NCBI GenBank assembly: GCA_964467955.1
Contig: CAYXTW010000003.1
Coordinates: forward strand, 4,676 to 68,675
Direction: 5' to 3'
Origin: an uncultured Ignavibacteriaceae bacterium
GTDB lineage: Bacteria; Zixibacteria; MSB-5A5; GN15; PGXB01
Length of the DNA: 64,000 nucleotides
The notes below the pieces were generated by a model that saw only the letters and a list, made by a program, of their open reading frames with translations, made no database searches and had not been told where the DNA came from. Positions 59,076-64,000 of the stretch are shown here, piece by piece. Within the stretch, counting starts at the first letter, position 1, and every line of letters starts with the position of its first letter. The position numbers and the translations under genes were made by a program.

Positions 59076-60536
59076 CACCTCCCGGTACAATTCCGCATAC
59101 TTCTCGGCGCTGCGGTTCCAGGAGTAATCCTTATCCATCCCCCGCTTGACTATCTTGTTCCAGATTTTTTTACGGCCGAATAATTCACAGGCACGTTTTA
59201 TGGTTTTTAGCAGTTCCGCCGAATCGTACTTTTCAAAGGCAAAACCTGTCCCCTTCCCGGTCGTTTCATCGAAATCTTCAACCGTATCGGCCAGACCGCC
59301 GGTTTTTCTGACAATTGGAATCGTGCCATATTTAAGGCTGTACATCTGATTTAATCCGCATGGTTCATAGCGCGACGGCATCAGGAAAATGTCCGCTCCC
59401 GCCTCGATCAAATGCGCCAGGCTGTTGTCAAACTGCAGAAAGGCTTTGAACTTATCGGGATACTTTTTTTCTATCTCGCTGAAAAATCTGTGGTACTTTT
59501 CATCTCCGGTACCAAGTAGCACGAATTGAATGTCAAAGGCTAAGACCTCATTCATAATCTCTTCCAGCAGGTCAAAACCTTTCTGGGCATCAAGACGCGA
59601 AATTATCCCGATTAGCGGCTGCTCCATACGAACCGGCAAACCGCATTGATTCAATAGCTCAAGTTTATTTCTCTTTTTCCCGGAACGATTCGAGGAAAAA
59701 TAATTAAATGGAATCAAGTTGTCGGTTTTCGGCGACCATATATCATAATCGACACCATTAAGTATCCCGGACAGCTTCCCGCTTCGTTCCTTAAGGACAT
59801 CCTGAAGTCCGTTGCCGTATTCTTCCGATTTTTGAATTTCCTGCGCATAAGTCGGCGATACGGTCGTAATCCGGTCGGCGAAATGAATCGCCCCTTTCAT
59901 GAAGTTAACATCGCCCCAGAATTCCAGCGGCCCGGTCGAATAAAATAATGAGTCATCCACGTTGAGCTTTTTAAAAGTATCCGGCGGGAATATCCCCTGG
60001 TAGCCCATATTATGAATGGAGAAAACAGATTTTGTCCTGGCGAAAAACGGGTCATCTTTGTAATGCGATTTAAGATATACCGGGATCAGGGCACTTTGCC
60101 AGTCATTACAATGAATGATATCCGCCTGCCACCGTAATGCTTTAAGCACCTGCAGTACTCCCTGGCTGAAAAAGACAAATCGTTCATCATTGTCGGCGTA
60201 GTCCTTATTTGCTTCCGAATCACGGTACAATTCCGGCCGGTTGAAGAAAAAATCATTTTCGATAAAATAAAATTCGAGATTTGGTTTGCCCTCAGGCAAT
60301 CGAAAAACAGCGCCTTCATATTTTTTATCACCGATGCGGCATTCTATATTACCATCGACACGCTCGAGATCATAATATCCGCGGATGACCTGCAGATATT
60401 TCGGCATAAACAGCTTTACTTCATGGCCTGCGTTTGCCAGATAATTCGGCAGCGCCCTGGAAACATCGGCCAATCCCCCGGTTTTGGCGAACGGAACCGC
60501 TTCCGACGTTACGAAGGCAATTTTCAAATCAGACAT
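59064..60536 (-). CDS. glgA: Glycogen synthase (GT5, ADP-glucose type)
   Basis: 490 aa. N-terminal KIAFVTSEAVPFAKTGGLADV contains the KTGGL motif. Full-length GlgA similarity. Confidence 0.9.
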   Translation of the reverse strand: MSDLKIAFVTSEAVPFAKTGGLADVSRALPNYLANAGHEVKLFMPKYLQVIRGYYDLERVDGNIECRIGDKKYEGAVFRLPEGKPNLEFYFIENDFFFNRPELYRDSEANKDYADNDERFVFFSQGVLQVLKALRWQADIIHCNDWQSALIPVYLKSHYKDDPFFARTKSVFSIHNMGYQGIFPPDTFKKLNVDDSLFYSTGPLEFWGDVNFMKGAIHFADRITTVSPTYAQEIQKSEEYGNGLQDVLKERSGKLSGILNGVDYDIWSPKTDNLIPFNYFSSNRSGKKRNKLELLNQCGLPVRMEQPLIGIISRLDAQKGFDLLEEIMNEVLAFDIQFVLLGTGDEKYHRFFSEIEKKYPDKFKAFLQFDNSLAHLIEAGADIFLMPSRYEPCGLNQMYSLKYGTIPIVRKTGGLADTVEDFDETTGKGTGFAFEKYDSAELLKTIKRACELFGRKKIWNKIVKRGMDKDYSWNRSAEKYAELYREVLSR

Positions 60537-60538
60537 AA

Positions 60539-61576
60539 TTATCGAACGGCATTGACCTTAAACAGCTCGGTGGCCCGCGAGGCATCGATATCGCGCATAA
60601 AAGTCGCGGCATCTTCGGGAAGAGTCGGATTGATATAGAATCCGGAACCCCACTCGAAACCGGCGATTTTGGTCAGTTTGGGAATAATCTCGATATGCCA
60701 GTGAAACAACTCGTTATACTCCCGACCTATCGGAGCCGTATGGAGAATAAAATTAAAAGGCGGGTTGTTCAAAGCCACGCGGATTCGGTTGAGGATATCT
60801 TTTAATGCCTCGGCCAGAAAAATATAGGTATCATCGGAGAAATCGACCAGATGCGAGACGTGCTGCTTGGGCAACAGCCAGGTTTCAAAAGGAAAACGGG
60901 AGGCGTACGGTTCAAAGGCGATAAAATCGCCATAGTCATTGACAATGCGCTCTTTGTCGGTCAATTCCTGCCGGATAATATCGCAGAACACGCAGCGTTC
61001 TTTGAAGTCAAAGTACCGGCGGGCGCCTTCAATCTCTTCTTCGACTTTTTTCGGTATAATCGGTGTCGCGATCAATTGACTGTGGCTGTGCTCCAACGAG
61101 GCCCCGGCCGCTTCGCCATGATTCTTAAAAATGAGTATATATTTAAAGCGCTGATCTCTCTGCAAATCAAGCGCCCTTTCACGATAAGCCCAGAGAACAT
61201 TTTTAATTTCTTCGACTTTCAAATCCGCCAGGTCTCGCCTGTGGTCAGGTGTTTCGATAAAAACTTCATGCGCCCCTATTCCATTCATTTTATCGTAGAT
61301 ACCTTTAGGTTCGCGGCCCTGTGTCCCCTCAATTCTCAACGCCGGGTATTTATTTGAGATTACGCGGACAAACCAGCCCGGTTTGTTTGGCTGCGACCCG
61401 CTCTCCCGGAAGGCCAGGACCTCGGGCGGGGTGCTGGACTCGTTACCGGGGCAAAACGGGCACATCATCGGTTCTTCCTGCTTGGGAATATTTCCGAAAC
61501 CCGATGGCCTTTTGCCGCGATCGGTAGAAATTATAACCCAGCGACCAATAATAGGATCTTTGCGAAATTCAGGCAT
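60539..61576 (-). CDS. GalT-family HIT-like nucleotidyltransferase (galactose-1-phosphate uridylyltransferase / NDP-hexose phosphorylase-like)
   Basis: 345 aa. Zn-binding CPFCPGNE is present, and the HSHSQ active-site motif is the HxHxQ of the GalT family. Confidence 0.7.
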   Translation of the reverse strand: MPEFRKDPIIGRWVIISTDRGKRPSGFGNIPKQEEPMMCPFCPGNESSTPPEVLAFRESGSQPNKPGWFVRVISNKYPALRIEGTQGREPKGIYDKMNGIGAHEVFIETPDHRRDLADLKVEEIKNVLWAYRERALDLQRDQRFKYILIFKNHGEAAGASLEHSHSQLIATPIIPKKVEEEIEGARRYFDFKERCVFCDIIRQELTDKERIVNDYGDFIAFEPYASRFPFETWLLPKQHVSHLVDFSDDTYIFLAEALKDILNRIRVALNNPPFNFILHTAPIGREYNELFHWHIEIIPKLTKIAGFEWGSGFYINPTLPEDAATFMRDIDASRATELFKVNAVR

Positions 61577-61666
61577 GGATGTCTTTCCTAAGCTTGCAAT
61601 TTAGTGAGTAAATCCCGCATATTATTATATTATCGTCAAAATACATAAAGCCTGCACCATTCAGTT

Positions 61667-62956
61667 TTAAGCCTTCTTTTCCTCCCGTCCCCTGCAAAAT
61701 TCTTCAAGGCGTTTTTTTAGGGCCTCGGGAAGCTTCACTTCGCGTCGGCTCATGGTTTTTTCTATCGTTCCTATGGCTTTAACAAAATTGTAGGCCATTT
61801 TGTGCCGGGGCGAATACCAGGTAAATGGTGGAATTTCAGCATCGGTCACCAGCCCATCCGATATTATATTGCAGCCGACGCCGATATTAATACCGGTATT
61901 CAGAAGCGTTCCAATCGAAGTTTTGGTGAAATCACCGATAAACGAGCCGACTTTCAGGCAACCCGTGTCGATCGGTTCGCCATTGACCATAACTTTTATA
62001 TCCGCATAGTTATTTTTCAAATCAGAATTGGTCGTCATGGCCCCCAGATTGATCCATTCACCCAGATAGCTGTGGCCTATGAATCCGGCATGATACTTGT
62101 TGGTGTACCCCTGAATAACCGTCTCCTCCACCTCTCCCCCGATGCGACAGACCGGACCGATGGAACAGCTATTGATCTTGCCCCCGACGACAATCGTTTT
62201 CTTACCTATATATGCCGGGCCGATTATGTACGATTGCGGTTCTATCTTAACCGAATTGCCGATGAAAATCGGGCCTTTGGTGGCATCAAGCACCACGCCC
62301 GGCAGCAATTCCACTGATTGTGCCACGCGGATTTTTTCCGGGTATATCAACTCCACTCCGTGAATGGATTTTCCCTCAAGCCGCAATTCTTCTCCGCTCT
62401 TTAGAAATCCCACCGCATCGGAACGAGCCTTAAAATATGCAAAATCGTACTCAATCTCGCTTTCAATGGCATTAACCACGTCCCAGAGATAATGATACAT
62501 CGGCAATTCAATTTCCATTGTCTGGGCATTCATCGTCAGTTTATCGAGAAGTCTGGCGAGGTCGCCCTCTTTCAGAATTTCTTTTTCATCTTCATTCAAT
62601 TTACCGACCTTTTTAAAGGCGGCGATATCTTCGCCGGAATATAAAATGACATTTTTTCCCGCTTGCTTGAGGGCGGCGATAAATTCCTGGTTATATTTTA
62701 CGCGGCCGTTTATGAAAGTAACCTCTTCGAAATCCGCATCCTCGAATTTATTCACCGGTATTTGAGTTTGCGATGATATTATATCGGACATTTCCGGACG
62801 GCAAAACAGAAACGGGCGATAGCCGTCGAAAGCATCAACGAATTTCTCGAACAGATATCGGATTCCCGGCCTGAGAAAATATGTTGGCCGCAGGCTTGTC
62901 AGGGGATAAAAGTTCAGATATTTCTCATCTTCGAATATGACCAGACCGCTATTCAT
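61667..62956 (-). CDS. Putative sugar-1-phosphate nucleotidyltransferase with a C-terminal left-handed beta-helix (GlmU-like, TIGR03991-type)
   Basis: 429 aa. N-terminus LVIFEDEKYLNFYPLTSLRPTYFLRPG resembles the 'alternative GlmU' family. Hexapeptide repeats are visible in the C-terminal half (IGNSVKIEP..., IGGEVEETVI..). Confidence 0.5.
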   Translation of the reverse strand: MNSGLVIFEDEKYLNFYPLTSLRPTYFLRPGIRYLFEKFVDAFDGYRPFLFCRPEMSDIISSQTQIPVNKFEDADFEEVTFINGRVKYNQEFIAALKQAGKNVILYSGEDIAAFKKVGKLNEDEKEILKEGDLARLLDKLTMNAQTMEIELPMYHYLWDVVNAIESEIEYDFAYFKARSDAVGFLKSGEELRLEGKSIHGVELIYPEKIRVAQSVELLPGVVLDATKGPIFIGNSVKIEPQSYIIGPAYIGKKTIVVGGKINSCSIGPVCRIGGEVEETVIQGYTNKYHAGFIGHSYLGEWINLGAMTTNSDLKNNYADIKVMVNGEPIDTGCLKVGSFIGDFTKTSIGTLLNTGINIGVGCNIISDGLVTDAEIPPFTWYSPRHKMAYNFVKAIGTIEKTMSRREVKLPEALKKRLEEFCRGREEKKA

Positions 62957-62959
62957 TTT

Positions 62960-63487
62960 TTAACCTCCAGCTTCGGTCGTGTAATCGGCTCTATTTATTA
63001 ATCTAAAAGGTGATTTCTTTGAAATCAAAAACATAAGAAGCGGTATGCCAAGCAGGTAGCAGGCAACCAACTCTCCCAGGCCGACCATCTGAACCACAAA
63101 AAAGTAAGACATTTCAGTGATTTTCGATAAATAAATAGCCACACCGAAAGCATTTATTAACACCGGCGGCAGTGGTGCCAAACCGATGGCCACTCTTTTT
63201 GATTTTATTTTTGAAATCCGATAAGTAAGAAAGCCGGCCATCAGGGTAAAAAGCGAACCAAAAATAATATCCGGCAAGCCGTTGCCGCCGAATATATTGG
63301 CGACCAGACAACCGACGAAAAGTCCGATTATGGCGGGGGGATATACAAATGGCAGAACGGTCAGGGCTTCGGCGATTCTTACCTGATAAACGCCATAGCT
63401 GAAGGGAGCCAGAGCCACCGTAAGGAACGCGTAAAGCGCCGCAATGATACCGGTATAAGCGATATCGACAATGCCCAGTCCTCTCAT
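62960..63487 (-). CDS. Small integral membrane protein, QueT-like (queuosine-precursor transporter family)
   Basis: 175 aa with about 5 TM helices. VRIAEALTVLPF resembles the conserved QueT motif. Call is from memory. Confidence 0.4.
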   Translation of the reverse strand: MRGLGIVDIAYTGIIAALYAFLTVALAPFSYGVYQVRIAEALTVLPFVYPPAIIGLFVGCLVANIFGGNGLPDIIFGSLFTLMAGFLTYRISKIKSKRVAIGLAPLPPVLINAFGVAIYLSKITEMSYFFVVQMVGLGELVACYLLGIPLLMFLISKKSPFRLINRADYTTEAGG

Positions 63488-63677
63488 AACGACCTAAGAA
63501 ACCGCCTGCGCAGCTTTTGTCAACCAAAATTTTGCCTTCCCAGGGCCCTTAATATCGTATTGACTTATGGATAAATGCAATGGATTTTTTGAAGCTAATG
63601 CTTGACCGTTTGAAACCGATTCTTATATTGTAGTAGAGCTGTTACTACATAAAGGGCATTCTTGATGTCAGTTTTTA

Positions 63678-64000
63678 TGAAGAAATTTAAGCATAAAATA
63701 TCAGAACCCAAATTCGTCCTGATTTGTATATCAATTATTCTAATGCCTTTCTTCTCCGTCTATTCGCAGGGAACCATTTTCGGAACGGTTCGGAATTCCG
63801 ATTTATCGACGCCTGAGGACGGAATTGTCAATTTTCTCGGATATCTCGATAACACTGATGAGGAAATAAGAATTGAAAGCTGCATCGGCGCCGGATATGA
63901 CAGCGGATATTGGTACGATGATTTTCAAAACTACCTGACCGAGGCTCCCGGTAATCCGTATGATTTTCACTTTTTCAACATTATTAATGGCGAAGGCGCG
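63678..64000 (+). CDS. Secreted hypothetical protein; N-terminal fragment, continues past the window end
   Basis: Signal-peptide-like N-terminus (KISEPKFVLICISIILMPFFSVYSQG) after MKKFKHK. No domain recognisable in the 108 aa visible. Confidence 0.35.

Overview
This 64-kb window is chromosomal DNA of moderate GC (roughly 45% by eye) and is densely coding on both strands. I support about 50 protein genes and two adjacent tRNAs (Cys-GCA and Gly-GCC). I found no rRNA, no CRISPR array, and no transposase or integrase, and no reverse transcriptase or recombinase was recognisable in any ORF.

The gene content points to an anaerobic, diderm bacterium with type IX secretion, probably an uncultivated lineage of the FCB superphylum. 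The evidence is two proteins ending in T9SS-type C-terminal sorting domains, a PorV/FadL-like outer-membrane barrel, BamA-Skp-LpxD, a TamB/TamA pair, RtcB with archease, a 2x[4Fe-4S] ferredoxin, and a fused (R)-2-hydroxyacyl-CoA-dehydratase activase/dehydratase-like protein.

Housekeeping genes I recognise with confidence:
- mnmA and a NifS/IscS cysteine desulfurase
- an ECF sigma factor with its zinc anti-sigma factor
- ccdA, a rhomboid protease and trxA
- dtd, maf, rodZ, smc, ftsY, yjbQ and rlmH
- an SPFH lipoprotein and uvrB
- rplU, bamA, skp and lpxD
- rtcB, archease and glgA

The most unusual locus is a 9.7-kb gene at 33847..43575 (minus strand). It encodes a 3242-aa secreted protein built from dozens of roughly 85-aa, 4-Cys HYR/Ig-like repeats arranged in duplicated multi-domain cassettes. 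After the repeats come a cohesin-like domain, a duplicated-segment type-I dockerin, and a T9SS C-terminal sorting domain, all in the same polypeptide.

Other items worth follow-up:
- a three-gene outer-membrane module (β-barrel, Tyr/Trp-rich lipoprotein, PorV-like barrel) placed divergently from the ECF sigma locus
- an operon encoding a Cys-less CMD/AhpD-like protein, TamB and TamA
- a 1392-aa double-activase/dehydratase fusion
- a response regulator with a roughly 300-aa disordered tail
- an atypical glycogen cluster (GlmU-like NTase-LbH, GalT-like HIT enzyme, GlgA) with no canonical GlgC
- rplU running directly into bamA, with no rpmA
- a promoter-plus-hairpin candidate sRNA in the convergent gap after lpxD
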